From Patescibacteria group bacterium (GTDB lineage: Bacteria; Patescibacteriota; UBA1384; XYA2-FULL-43-10), in contig JBAYVT010000003.1 in assembly GCA_041674405.1 (NCBI GenBank), positions 8,721 to 72,720 of the forward strand: DNA of 64,000 nucleotides. Direction: 5' to 3'. Numbering within the stretch: the first letter of the stretch is position 1; the number at the start of each line of letters is the position of its first letter. Below, one piece after another: positions 37,487 to 47,301 of this stretch. The notes beneath the pieces are model-generated. The model was not told the DNA's origin. It saw nothing but the letters and a program-made list of their open reading frames with translations, and made no database searches. The translations under genes and the position numbers were made by a program.

Positions 37487-39289
37487 CTATGTTTTCGCCT
37501 TAAAATATTTGAGAAAATCTTCTTCGTTAATTGTTTCTTTCTTTATCAGTTCGTCAGCCAATTTTTCAATGATTGATTTATGGGTATCAATAATTTTCTT
37601 GGCTTTTTTTCTGCCTTCATCGATAAATCTGGAAACTTCTTGGTCGATTACGGCGGCAATATTTTCGCTATAATTGCGCTGCTCGGCAAGTTCTTTCCCC
37701 AAAAACGGCATTTCTTCCTTGTGGCCATAAGTCTGTGGACCTAATTTTTCAGACATTCCAAATTCAACAACCATCTTGCGCGCAAGAAGAGTTGCTCGTT
37801 TCAGGTCGTTTTGTGCTCCAGTTGTTATTTTATTTGAACCGAAAAATTCTTCTTCGGCAACGCGGCCCGCAAGAAGTGAAGCAATTTCGTCCTCAAAATA
37901 ATCTTTGGCTTCGAGCCTGCGGTCTTCTGTCGGCAAATTCCAAGTATATCCTAGAGCCATGCCGCGAGAAACTATCGAGATTTTGTGAACCGGATCGGCA
38001 TTTGGCAAAATATGGCTAACAACAGCATGGCCTGACTCATGGATAGCGGTAATTTTCTTTTCATGGTCAGACATCTTCTTGCTTTTTCGCTCTGGGCCCA
38101 TCATCACTTTCTCGATTGCCTCTTCCATGTTTTCTTGGGTTATGGTCTTGCGGCCAGCCCGAGCTGCTAAAATAGCTCCCTCATTTGCTAAATTTTTAAG
38201 ATCAGCCCCAGAGAAACCGGCGGTTGTGGCGGCAATTCTTGAAAGATTAACATTTTTTTCGATTGGCTTATTTCGAGTATGAATTTTTAAAATTTGTTCA
38301 CGTTCGCTTCTGTCTGGAAGATCGATAGTAATGTGCCTGTCGAAGCGGCCCGGACGAAGAAGTGCTGGATCAAGTACATCTGGCCTGTTTGTAGCAGCCA
38401 TGACGATGACGTTATCACCGGTATCAAAGCCGTCCATTTCAACCAAAATTTGGTTTAATGTCTGCTCACGTTCATCGTGGCTTCCACCGAGCCCAGACCC
38501 GCGCTGGCGGCCGATTGCATCCATTTCATCAATAAAGACGATTGCCGGTGCGCTCCTTTTCGCTTTAGCGAAAAGATCGCGCACTCGGGACGCACCAACA
38601 CCAACAAACATCTCGACAAATTCAGATGCGGAAATTGAGAAGAAAGGAACACCTGCCTCACCAGCAACCGCCTTTGCAAGCAAGGTCTTACCGGTACCAG
38701 GAGGCCCCACAAGAAGGACTCCTCGTGGAATTTCTGCGCCCAAATCGCGAAACTTTTTTGGTGACTTCAAAAACTCGACTACTTCGCGAAGTTCCTGCTT
38801 CGGTTCCAACAGCCCGGCGACATCATTAAATGTAGTTTTGCGCCCCAGTGAAAGACGGGCTCCAGATTTACCGAAACTCATCGCCTTCATATTTTGCCCC
38901 TGGGCGGAACGAAGCATCCACCAAAAAAATGCGGCGATCAAAATCAAAGGCAAGAGGGTATATAGAAATATCGACGACCAGGCAACAGATGAGCTTGTGT
39001 CTACAACTTTGATATTGACCTTGTCGGATGTAATACCATATTCATTCAAGCCAACGCCATTTTCCTTGTATGCCTGCTCGGTACCTTCGCCCTTAACGTT
39101 AGCGGTAACCTGATTATCTTTCACCGTAACTTGGTCGATTTGGCCATCCTGGACCTGTTTCGCAATCTGCGAGATATCAACCTGAGTTGGTGTTTTTGGC
39201 CGGCTGGCATAATAACTTCCGACAAGAACCGCTGCTATAAATATAATAATGATCCAATATACTGCACGGTTTCCAGATTTCTGATTCAT
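37487..39289 (-). CDS. ftsH: ATP-dependent zinc metalloprotease FtsH
   Basis: It has an AAA module (GPPGTGKT), the SRH, and HESGHA zinc-binding site. Confidence 0.95.
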   Translation of the reverse strand: MNQKSGNRAVYWIIIIFIAAVLVGSYYASRPKTPTQVDISQIAKQVQDGQIDQVTVKDNQVTANVKGEGTEQAYKENGVGLNEYGITSDKVNIKVVDTSSSVAWSSIFLYTLLPLILIAAFFWWMLRSAQGQNMKAMSFGKSGARLSLGRKTTFNDVAGLLEPKQELREVVEFLKSPKKFRDLGAEIPRGVLLVGPPGTGKTLLAKAVAGEAGVPFFSISASEFVEMFVGVGASRVRDLFAKAKRSAPAIVFIDEMDAIGRQRGSGLGGSHDEREQTLNQILVEMDGFDTGDNVIVMAATNRPDVLDPALLRPGRFDRHITIDLPDRSEREQILKIHTRNKPIEKNVNLSRIAATTAGFSGADLKNLANEGAILAARAGRKTITQENMEEAIEKVMMGPERKSKKMSDHEKKITAIHESGHAVVSHILPNADPVHKISIVSRGMALGYTWNLPTEDRRLEAKDYFEDEIASLLAGRVAEEEFFGSNKITTGAQNDLKRATLLARKMVVEFGMSEKLGPQTYGHKEEMPFLGKELAEQRNYSENIAAVIDQEVSRFIDEGRKKAKKIIDTHKSIIEKLADELIKKETINEEDFLKYFKAKT

Positions 39290-39304
39290 TAAGCTCCTTA
39301 GTCT

Positions 39305-40303
39305 TCAATTCTTAGTCTTCAATACAATGATTTTACCACGCTCAAGGCTAACCTGTAAATGATGGGGGAGAGGCAAACTTTTCCGTCCCTCTTTTTTATA
39401 TAGTAGCGTTCGCACGTTTTCAATATGAGAATAGTTAATATCTTCACCGCCACCAAGGTACTCGACAGACAGGCGAAGGGTAAGTCGTGAAAGCGACGGG
39501 CTGAGAGTTGCCCATTTTTTATAATTAAGCACAATTTCACTATTACCCCTTTTTTCAATGATCTGCCTAAGTTTATCTTCTGTCACAGACTCAAGGAAAT
39601 CATAATCGTCCTCGATAGCCCGCGACGTGCTTCCTAGTGCTTCAATAACATTGGGGTTGATTTTTTTAAGCTGTGGAAGGATTCTGTGGCGAATTTTATT
39701 TCGCAGAAAATCCAAGTTAAAATTTGATTTATCTGTCCTGTACTTGATATTTTTTAATTTAAGGTATTCCAAAATATCTGTGCGTGAAAATTTGAGTAGG
39801 GGACGGATAAAATTTTCACGCTGAGAGGGGATAGATTTAAGCCCCTTTAAACCGGTACCTCTGATTAATCTCTGTACCAGGGTTTCGGCAAGGTCATTTG
39901 AATTATGTGCAAGAGCGATTTTGGCCTCTCCCCTTTCGGTTTTTAAAATTTTTTCGAAGAACTCATAGCGGGCATTCCTCGCTTCTTCTTCGCTGGCTTT
40001 TTTATTTTTTGGTTTATTGTTCCAGTCAGCTTCAATGAGTTCTACGCCATATTTTTGGCATAGTTTTTGGACAAATTTCTTGTCTCTCTCGCTCGCCGCT
40101 CCCCTCAACTTATGATTGAAATGGCATGCTTTTAAATTATTTTTTAATTTCGAGCGTAGAATTGCGAGAATATCAAAAAGGCAGACAGAATCTGGTCCGC
40201 CGGACAAGGCAACAATTACCGTGTCGCCTTCCCCTATCAACCTCTCAGCAATGATGTTTTTGTACACCTTGATAATTAAATTTTTTTGTGAGATTTTTGG
40301 CAT
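39305..40303 (-). CDS. tilS: tRNA(Ile)-lysidine synthetase
   Basis: It has the PP-loop SGGPDS, and its position upstream of ftsH matches the conserved synteny. Confidence 0.85.
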   Translation of the reverse strand: MPKISQKNLIIKVYKNIIAERLIGEGDTVIVALSGGPDSVCLFDILAILRSKLKNNLKACHFNHKLRGAASERDKKFVQKLCQKYGVELIEADWNNKPKNKKASEEEARNARYEFFEKILKTERGEAKIALAHNSNDLAETLVQRLIRGTGLKGLKSIPSQRENFIRPLLKFSRTDILEYLKLKNIKYRTDKSNFNLDFLRNKIRHRILPQLKKINPNVIEALGSTSRAIEDDYDFLESVTEDKLRQIIEKRGNSEIVLNYKKWATLSPSLSRLTLRLSVEYLGGGEDINYSHIENVRTLLYKKEGRKSLPLPHHLQVSLERGKIIVLKTKN

Positions 40304-40405
40304 ATTTTAGCTCCCAACGCCTCAAAATTCTAGCACAAAATTACGTTCATATCCATAGAAAATGTCTGACTAATTGTTTTTGTATTTGGTATTTACTCTT
40401 TAATG

Positions 40406-40447
40406 AACGTATTAAAACCCTCACGATCGTGAGGGTTTTAATACGTT
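40406..40447. repeat. perfect 42-bp palindrome AACGTATTAAAACCCTCACGA|TCGTGAGGGTTTTAATACGTT
   Basis: It has 21-bp perfect arms. It shares the AACGTA ends with copies A-C and the CACGATCGTG core with palindrome D. It sits about 100 bp upstream of tilS. Confidence 0.6.
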
Positions 40448-40514
40448 GCCCCATTTTTCAAGCAATTGGATTGACTTTTCGAACAAAATTTTATATACTT
40501 TTTAAGTAATATTC

Positions 40515-40591
40515 TGCGGGGTGGAGCAGCCCGGTAGCTCGCATGGCTCATAACCATGAGGTCGTTGGTTCAAATCCAACCCCCGCGACCA
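40515..40591 (+). tRNA. tRNA-Met (anticodon CAU), initiator-like
   Basis: The acceptor and D arms are near-identical to E. coli tRNA-fMet (GCGGGGTGGAGCAGCC.GGTAGCTCG), with an A11:U24 pair and a 1:72 wobble. An upstream TTGACT-17-TATACT promoter is present. Confidence 0.85.
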
Positions 40592-40604
40592 AATTTAAAA
40601 GTTT

Positions 40605-40665
40605 CTAGTTGCTAGATACTAGTGGCTAGAATTTTTTAACTAGAAACTATAAACTAATAACTAGC
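40605..40665. repeat. heptad-periodic CTAG tracts between two tRNAs (CTAGttg CTAGata CTAGtgg CTAGaat; AACTAga AACTAta AACTAat AACTAgc)
   Basis: Two blocks of 4 x 7 bp share the 12-mer AACTAGAAACTA with the tract at 19056. Confidence 0.55.
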
Positions 40666-40742
40666 GGCAGGGTAGCTCAGATGGTTAGAGCGTGGGACTC
40701 ATAAGCCCGAGGTCGTGGGTTCGATCCCCACCCCTGCTACCA
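40666..40742 (+). tRNA. tRNA with a CAU anticodon (elongator Met or tRNA-Ile2/lysidine)
   Basis: The cloverleaf has the anticodon loop CTCATAA and an elongator-type 11:24 pair. It is next to tilS. Confidence 0.75.
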
Positions 40743-40808
40743 GCAAATAATATGGCGATTCGCAAGAATCGTTATTTTATTTGTTAAGAAGATCGGATCG
40801 AACCCAAC

Positions 40809-41759
40809 CTAGTCAGATTCTTTACGACTCGAGATCAAATAAAGAAGAATATAATATATTACAAGCTCGGCAAGTTCGAGCCAAACAAAATATTGGCACC
40901 ATTTGACCGGATTGTAATAATCATGCAAAATCCAATGGACTAAGTACAATACCACGCCGCCAAAAATCGGCCAAACCCATCCGAACACGAACCCATTTGC
41001 ACGATAATTAAAATAGCCATATACAATTAGAAATAAAGCGTAAACGATAAACAAAATCCACCACCAATAGCAATAGATCAGCGAGCTTGTTTCTGCTCCC
41101 AGCGCTTCCCCATCCTCCGACTCATCTTGCACAAAATTCCCATTCGGATTTGTTGATGCCTGGATGTTTTCAACTGGTGTGATTTCCGCCAACTGATTGC
41201 CAGTACTAAAATTTTGGTTGTTAAATTGGTCAAAGTTATTTGTAGATTCAGATTGGTCTGTGCTCTCGTTACCCACTACGAAGTTAAATGATGAAGTCAA
41301 AGTCCCTTGGTAATCATTTCCAACCCCAGCGGGCAAAATAGCAATGAAATCAATATTGACAGAGCTCCCTGGGGCTATAGAACCGACTATCACATTACTT
41401 TGGGGACTTTTTGCGATATCAGCAATCGTCTTATTCCAAACAGGAACCCCATATACTCTTGGTTCCAGCCTCAACATATTGGCAAGAGATCCGAGTGGAC
41501 CATCAGTGGCGATTGAGAAAGAATGTGCGACGTTCCCAGTATTTTCAACAGTTACCGTCTTGACCGTTTCAAATCCTGGCGCAATGTTGGTTTCGTTAAA
41601 AAGTGGGCCAGTCCCATCATAGGTAATTTTCAACACGCCCGCATTTACTTCTGCAGCGTTCACTCTATAGGCAAAAACAAAAGTTGAGATCAGGCCAACT
41701 ATTAGCGAGGCTACCAACAGACACAAGATTAAATTTTGTTTTAGGAAGCTCTTCATCAT
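40809..41759 (-). CDS. TasA/camelysin-like secreted beta-sandwich protein with a C-terminal multi-TM anchor
   Basis: It has a signal peptide. The segment ...VKTVTVENTGNVAHSF...IAILPAGVGNDYQG resembles a TasA/CalY core. The hydrophobic, W/Y-rich C-terminus carries 3 TM segments. Confidence 0.45.
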   Translation of the reverse strand: MMKSFLKQNLILCLLVASLIVGLISTFVFAYRVNAAEVNAGVLKITYDGTGPLFNETNIAPGFETVKTVTVENTGNVAHSFSIATDGPLGSLANMLRLEPRVYGVPVWNKTIADIAKSPQSNVIVGSIAPGSSVNIDFIAILPAGVGNDYQGTLTSSFNFVVGNESTDQSESTNNFDQFNNQNFSTGNQLAEITPVENIQASTNPNGNFVQDESEDGEALGAETSSLIYCYWWWILFIVYALFLIVYGYFNYRANGFVFGWVWPIFGGVVLYLVHWILHDYYNPVKWCQYFVWLELAELVIYYILLYLISSRKESD

Positions 41760-42385
41760 GCTCCTGGCGTCGGTGTTGTTAAATCAATAAAATCTGAAGC
41801 AAGATCCGAATCAAACCCAAGAGAACTTCTCGACAACGAATGACCAGCGGTAACATCGGGACATGCTGGGTTCCATACAGCGGTATCTGTACCATAATTC
41901 ATTTGATCGACAGTAGTCCCAGAAGGGTTATTTAAGATTATTCTATCTCCGGCATTGCTAAGCCAATCAGTATTCCCGCCAAGGTTGATTGTCACTATAT
42001 TGTCCCCGCTTGGGTTGCCCCAAAGCTGCCAAGTATTGTTATCATGTGACAACAAAACGAAACCATGAGCCGGAATACTCACATCCGGATTGATGGTTTT
42101 AGTATAGTAGTTGTCTGAGATAGACCAACCTTTTATGTTAATTTCGACATCATTTGGATTGTACAATTCGATCCATTCATTTTTTCCCTCGTCACCGTGG
42201 AGAGCATCAACATCATAGTAGACTTCGTTAATTACGACTCTATCTGGCGACGGTGTTTCCCAGGTTCCGGTTTGAAAAGTATTATCTGAAACTTCAACTT
42301 GATCTGTAAAAACTGCGTTTGTGGCAAAACTTGCCAAACACATTACTGCGGAAATAATGAACGCGCTTTTAATAATTTTTAACAT
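41756..42385 (-). CDS. lamin-tail-domain (LTD) protein with a SipW-cognate-type signal peptide
   Basis: The signal-peptide box ATNAVFTDQ...NTFQTGTW is followed by VVINEVYYD...EWIELYNP...IKGWSISD, which matches the LTD fold. Confidence 0.55.
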   Translation of the reverse strand: MLKIIKSAFIISAVMCLASFATNAVFTDQVEVSDNTFQTGTWETPSPDRVVINEVYYDVDALHGDEGKNEWIELYNPNDVEINIKGWSISDNYYTKTINPDVSIPAHGFVLLSHDNNTWQLWGNPSGDNIVTINLGGNTDWLSNAGDRIILNNPSGTTVDQMNYGTDTAVWNPACPDVTAGHSLSRSSLGFDSDLASDFIDLTTPTPGA

Positions 42386-42386
42386 G

Positions 42387-42947
42387 TCATTCCCCTTTGT
42401 TCTTAGTCGTCTTTACGGTCGCCTTTTTCGCCTTTTTGCGATCGGCAATTTCTTTCTTAATCTTGGATATCTCATCATATACGATAATCGTTGCTGGAAC
42501 AATTATGATTATAATTAATCCTGGAACTGTCCTGGAAAAGCCGATGGGATAACCAATATACGGAACCTTCAAAACCACTTTTCCAACTACATTATCTTGC
42601 AGGACATAGAATTCGTCCGGAACACTATTTGCATCCCCTTTGGTCCGGTATTTTACCGTACCATTGTCGGTAGATAGTTCAACAATTCTATGAGTTATCT
42701 TTTCGTTGGGCTTTTCAATACTTTTATAAGTAATAATATCATTAACGTAATAATTATTTTCAGACTTCGTTATTATCAAACTACCCGTTTTGATTGCTGG
42801 TTCCATTGATCCAGACTGGACGGTTAAAAATCTGACACCCCCAATAGATAATTTTGCCAAAATCGCTGCGACTGCAAACAAAATTACGATTGCAAATACA
42901 ATCCAAGTAATGATCTTCCAGTAATCTACCTTTTTTACATTAGTCAT
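42387..42947 (-). CDS. sipW: signal peptidase I, SipW/archaeal type
   Basis: It has an N-terminal TM, then SGSMEP with the catalytic Ser, and a C-terminal TM with a basic tail, as in B. subtilis SipW. Confidence 0.75.
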   Translation of the reverse strand: MTNVKKVDYWKIITWIVFAIVILFAVAAILAKLSIGGVRFLTVQSGSMEPAIKTGSLIITKSENNYYVNDIITYKSIEKPNEKITHRIVELSTDNGTVKYRTKGDANSVPDEFYVLQDNVVGKVVLKVPYIGYPIGFSRTVPGLIIIIIVPATIIVYDEISKIKKEIADRKKAKKATVKTTKNKGE

Positions 42948-43015
42948 ATTAATTTTTTTCTGCTTTAAAACCCAGTTAGGCCGCTTTCATAAAGCGGCCC
43001 TTAAGGTTTTTAAAC

Positions 43016-43579
43016 CTACAGACTGCTTTGAGCATCCATAACTATATTGAATCCAGTTGCAAGACCTTGGACACTATCACCAGTTGCAAGCGGAAGAGTG
43101 ACCTTGACCCAAATTCTTTGTGACCAACCAGCAGGCATTGGATTGAAAGCAAAAGCACTTGAGTTTATCCTATTTGCGGAACCAGTAATACCATCCAGGG
43201 AACCTGAATAAATTAAAGCACCCGATGAATCATTATTTCTCATCTCAACTGTTAGAGCATCATAAAGAGCGTTGTCCATTGTTGTATCTACGTGGACAAA
43301 ATAATATGCTGGCAACGTCCCGATATTCATGACGTCCATATATTTATTTGTTGTATCACCAGGCTTCATGTTAGAAACCGAGAATGGTAGACCAGCCTCT
43401 TTGTTAATTTGTATTTTCAAAGTGCCTGTCGCAAACGAATTCCCATTAACTGACGCTTGGCTCGTAAACACTGCCGATGTTGCCCCAATTGCAAGGGCAG
43501 CAACAATTGCGATCACTGATAGACTTTTTACAATTCTTAACATAATAACTCCTTCTTTCATAATTTTGAAATTATTCAT
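43016..43579 (-). CDS. TasA/CalY (camelysin, peptidase M73)-family secreted protein
   Basis: It has a SipW-cognate signal peptide (ATSAVFTSQASVNGNSFATGTL) and a TasA-like beta-sandwich core. Confidence 0.6.
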   Translation of the reverse strand: MNNFKIMKEGVIMLRIVKSLSVIAIVAALAIGATSAVFTSQASVNGNSFATGTLKIQINKEAGLPFSVSNMKPGDTTNKYMDVMNIGTLPAYYFVHVDTTMDNALYDALTVEMRNNDSSGALIYSGSLDGITGSANRINSSAFAFNPMPAGWSQRIWVKVTLPLATGDSVQGLATGFNIVMDAQSSL

Positions 43580-43721
43580 AAGGCATCGACCACCCCCAAA
43601 GTGGCCTTATGTTAAGCTAACATTAAAAACCAATGAGCACAAACATTCCAAATTGCAAAGACAATTTGTTTTTCATGAGCTAAATATATGCCCGGCAATA
43701 TATACCTGTCAATAGTTGAGT

Positions 43722-44147
43722 TCAATTAAAAAAATATTTTATCCAAAGCCTATAATTAGGTGTTTTTATCGTCTTCTCGGTTCTGCCCAGATCAGCAACT
43801 TGATCCTCCGGGGTGTCTTTGGGTAACACAATCACTTTTTCCCCGGGTGCCATATAACCCAATTTTGCCCGCGCCTCCTTTTCTTTAAACGACTGGGTCT
43901 TGTAATATGCTATTTCCATTTGCAACATCTCAACATCTGATTGTAATTTCGCGACCCTTTGCCTTTCCCCTTCGACTTGTTTATTCGATTCATAATTTAC
44001 CCAGATACTACGTCCTACGACGAACAAAAGGTATAAAATAAAAGCAAAAATCAGCAAATTGCTGAATGTCATCGGCAAAATTGATTCTATCCTGTCTTTG
44101 GTTCTGGCAAAAAAACCTTTCCGTTCCATAATATTATTATACAACAA
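43722..44147 (-). CDS. septum formation initiator (FtsB/DivIC-like) coiled-coil membrane protein
   Basis: It has a single TM followed by the coiled coil KLQSDVEMLQMEIAYYK. Confidence 0.5.
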   Translation of the reverse strand: MLYNNIMERKGFFARTKDRIESILPMTFSNLLIFAFILYLLFVVGRSIWVNYESNKQVEGERQRVAKLQSDVEMLQMEIAYYKTQSFKEKEARAKLGYMAPGEKVIVLPKDTPEDQVADLGRTEKTIKTPNYRLWIKYFFN

Positions 44148-44213
44148 AGTTTATCCAAGACTAAAAGAAGCTCCGTGTTCACGGAGCTTCTTTTTTGAAT
44201 GCCTATGCGTAAA

Positions 44214-46073
44214 TTACCATCTTCTGGATTTTTTATTATTTTTTGGCGCTACTTTTTTGGCTGAGTCTTTCTTTACTGGAGCCGCCACAATTTTCTTTTC
44301 TTTAACTACAGCCGTTGCCGCAGTTCCTTCGCTATCGCCGCCAAACCAGTAAAAATATCCGCCCGTGGCCGCACCAGCCAACAGAATCAAGATGAAGAGT
44401 ATGATCCACGGGGTCCAGTTGATTTTATTATCTTCCGAATCATTACTGGTATCCTCAGCGGCTTTTATCTGCCCATTTTGGTCAAGATCGGATTGCTCTT
44501 CACCAGAAGGAGCCGCTGTAGCAGCTTGGGCTGTAGCAGGAGCTGTGAAAGAAACAGCCGTGGCATTACTGGTGGTTACACTTGGCCCAACGACCGGAAC
44601 TGGTGCAGTTAATTTGACAGAAACAACTTCAGAGCTTGAGGTTTCAGTCGCGCTCTTAGCAACAACCTTGACGGAATAATCACCATAAGAAGCAACTGAC
44701 ACATTTTCCTTGTAAGCATTACCTTTATCATCAGCAGCAACCGAAATGGTTTTGGAAATAATTCCGTTCACATAAATTTCGTATGAAGTAACACCGCCAC
44801 CGACCCCGTTGAAGGAAACATTTATACTCTTTCCATCACCCGGAGTAGCCGCAACAACAGGAGTAGGCAAATAGTCTACATGCGCATTAATTACATTCGA
44901 AATCGCCGACTCATTCCCAGCATTGTCGAAAGCTTTTACGTAATAGATAAAATCGCCATTACCTGGCATATCTGTATATTTCGCATCCGTAATCAATGCC
45001 AAGTTAAGAGAAACATCGGTTGGGCTTGGGACTTCAGTGCTTAAAATTCTATAAACATTGTACCCGGCAATGCCATTTGCGTCGGTCGAATCACTCCATG
45101 CAAGATCAACTTCATTCTTCACTACATTGCCGGCCAAATCCGTAATCGCTGTTGGAACCACGGTGTCGACGGTGAATGACGAAATTCCGGCCATTTTTGA
45201 ATCCTTTTCGCCATCAGAAGCTATGACATACCAGTAATACTGGCCGTCGGATAATTTATGTGGATTTGTGCTCTGAAAACTTGTAGAAGTTAAGCCGGTT
45301 TTGTGAATCTTGGCGGCACTATCACCAACTTTATACACGAATAATTCATAAGTAATGGCGTCATTATCCGAATCCGTCGATGGTTGCCATACAAATTCTG
45401 GATTTTGGCTCTTAACATACGAGCTATCTGCCGGCGATGTCATCACGGGAGCAGTTGGGGCAGTATCTTCAGAAACAAATGTCACCTTGAAGTTCACAAA
45501 CGAGTTGTTGCCATCATCAGAATTTTTTCCTAACAGCTTGATATTAACATCACTCTTTCCATAGAAATGATAATCATCATTTAGAGAATAATAGCCCGAT
45601 AGCTTACCATTATCTGTGCTGGTCTTATCAGCCTTTTTTGTTTGGTCAATACTTGGAATAATCTCAGTTGCACCTGCGCCTTGTGATATTTCATAAGTAG
45701 CTTGGTGCGTGTGATTATTCCACACTCTCCACTCTGCTTCAATTTTATAAATTCCCGGCAGATCGACTGAATTATCCAAGGCATCATCCGCTTCTACGTA
45801 TGCGCCTACCACACTACCATCAGTGTAAAGTTCTTTTCCATAAGCGTTGGTGTAAGTATGCCACTCAGCTGACGGAAAAGCAGTAACACCAGAAACACCA
45901 ATAATTTTTTCCGGTGCGGCTGCCATGGCCGGTTTGGCGGTTAAAATTCCTGTATAAAGCGATGCGGGTATCATCAGCATTGTTGCAAGCAGGCATACCA
46001 CCCACTTTTTAGTTCTTAATCTCATAAAACCTCTCTCATTGTTAAATTTTAATACAGACAAAAAAGCTAACAC
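44214..46073 (-). CDS. large cell-surface protein with fibronectin-III/Ig-like repeats and a C-terminal TM anchor with a basic tail
   Basis: It has a signal peptide, repeated FN3-like modules (DxAWSDSTD, YNVYR) and a C-terminal TM with a K-rich tail. Confidence 0.55.
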   Translation of the reverse strand: MLAFLSVLKFNNERGFMRLRTKKWVVCLLATMLMIPASLYTGILTAKPAMAAAPEKIIGVSGVTAFPSAEWHTYTNAYGKELYTDGSVVGAYVEADDALDNSVDLPGIYKIEAEWRVWNNHTHQATYEISQGAGATEIIPSIDQTKKADKTSTDNGKLSGYYSLNDDYHFYGKSDVNIKLLGKNSDDGNNSFVNFKVTFVSEDTAPTAPVMTSPADSSYVKSQNPEFVWQPSTDSDNDAITYELFVYKVGDSAAKIHKTGLTSTSFQSTNPHKLSDGQYYWYVIASDGEKDSKMAGISSFTVDTVVPTAITDLAGNVVKNEVDLAWSDSTDANGIAGYNVYRILSTEVPSPTDVSLNLALITDAKYTDMPGNGDFIYYVKAFDNAGNESAISNVINAHVDYLPTPVVAATPGDGKSINVSFNGVGGGVTSYEIYVNGIISKTISVAADDKGNAYKENVSVASYGDYSVKVVAKSATETSSSEVVSVKLTAPVPVVGPSVTTSNATAVSFTAPATAQAATAAPSGEEQSDLDQNGQIKAAEDTSNDSEDNKINWTPWIILFILILLAGAATGGYFYWFGGDSEGTAATAVVKEKKIVAAPVKKDSAKKVAPKNNKKSRRW

Positions 46074-46409
46074 AAAACGTTAACACTTTAGCAATCTAGA
46101 TTGTTAAATTCCCTCCAGAATACGAGAAACCTCGTTTGGTCTAGGTCTGCCCTCACTTTTTCGGGAATTTTTGATGATTTCAGCTATTTATTTTTCCTAA
46201 AGCAAATTTGCCTTAAGATGAGTTCACTTTCGCCATATCCTACCCATAGTCGAAGTATCACACTTTATCATACTTTTTACTGACCATAAGCAGTGCTTTT
46301 CTGGCTGAGGAGTAGAATATCAATCATGTTATCGCTTGTCAAATTTATATTTTTTCTAGCCCCCACCTTATAAATAATAAGTTATCCACAAGAGATATCA
46401 CACAGTAAC

Positions 46410-46434
46410 AAAAAAGCCCTGAAGGGCTTTTTTG
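46410..46434. terminator. bidirectional terminator aaaaaagccct-gaa-gggctttttt
   Basis: A perfect hairpin has A- and T-runs on either side. It lies downstream of the CAP-domain gene. Confidence 0.65.
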
Positions 46435-46467
46435 TATTTTTATTCATCTCAATTTTTTTGTTATACA

Positions 46468-47046
46468 TTAGGGAATATTAAAAGATGCAATTTTAGAAAC
46501 AATATTGTCAAAAATCTGAAGCACAACAGGCTTTTTGCGGCCAAACATATTTGTAACCATATAAGTATCATGCGAACCATTATTATCTTTATAAGCCCCC
46601 TTTACCACGCCGATTCCCATGTCAGAATAATCAGGGTTTAAAATATTGTCCCTATGGGCCGGTGATTTCATCCAAGCATTTACTGTGCCTTCGGCAGTAT
46701 TAAAATCCATAGCAAGGTTTTCTCCAGCATAAAGATAATTATATCCTGCGCTTATAATAAAATCCCACGGGGCAAGATCAAACGCATAGTGTTCAAAATA
46801 GTTTCGATTTACCATATCCAAAGACTTATTCTTGGCGGCCTGATCGAGGCTTTTATCAATCCTAAGAGGAATTAAACCGTTTGCAGTTCTTTCGGAATTG
46901 ATCAATAGCTCAATATTCTCCGGAGTAATTTCTGAGGCAAAAGCACCAGAAATTGAAGTAAAAATAACAATAGCAGCAACAATTAGGCCAAAATATGTTT
47001 TGAATTTTTTAAAATTATTTACCATTTTTGTATTTGTTTTATTCAT
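46468..47046 (-). CDS. CAP (SCP/PR-1-like) domain secreted protein
   Basis: It has a signal peptide and the CAP motifs HRDNIL, YFEHY and GENLA. Confidence 0.75.
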   Translation of the reverse strand: MNKTNTKMVNNFKKFKTYFGLIVAAIVIFTSISGAFASEITPENIELLINSERTANGLIPLRIDKSLDQAAKNKSLDMVNRNYFEHYAFDLAPWDFIISAGYNYLYAGENLAMDFNTAEGTVNAWMKSPAHRDNILNPDYSDMGIGVVKGAYKDNNGSHDTYMVTNMFGRKKPVVLQIFDNIVSKIASFNIP

Positions 47047-47186
47047 TTTTGTTTTTATTTTGTATTACAGAGTATGAAATTATACTATTATATCAATATT
47101 CTTCATTCTTGTCAATCCTAGCCAAGCTGATCTTGTTTAACCTTGAATTTATTAGCATAATTCTGTTATTATATCTTCGTGCGATT

Positions 47187-47261
47187 GGGCCCATAGCTCA
47201 GTGGTAGAGCGCCCGGCTCATAACCGGTTGGTCGCAGGTCCGATCCCTGCTGGGCCCACCA
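47187..47261 (+). tRNA. tRNA with a CAU anticodon (elongator Met or Ile2)
   Basis: The cloverleaf has the acceptor GGGCCCA/TGGGCCC, the anticodon loop CTCATAA and a 3' CCA. Confidence 0.8.
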
Positions 47262-47301
47262 AAATACTTTTCGACTGCGACAATTAGAATGAAATAAAAT
47301 T

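Noticed and set aside
40597-40665. Heptad CTAG arrays and the other short repeats as CRISPR arrays.
   Set aside because: The units are 7 bp with no spacers and are far too short. There are no 25-40 bp repeats alternating with unique spacers.
46100-46410. The intergenic gap of about 370 bp upstream of the FN3 surface-protein gene as an ncRNA locus.
   Set aside because: I found no conserved structure or promoter/terminator pair that defines an RNA. It contains a GTTAACAC x2 direct repeat and is probably the promoter and leader of the surface-protein gene.
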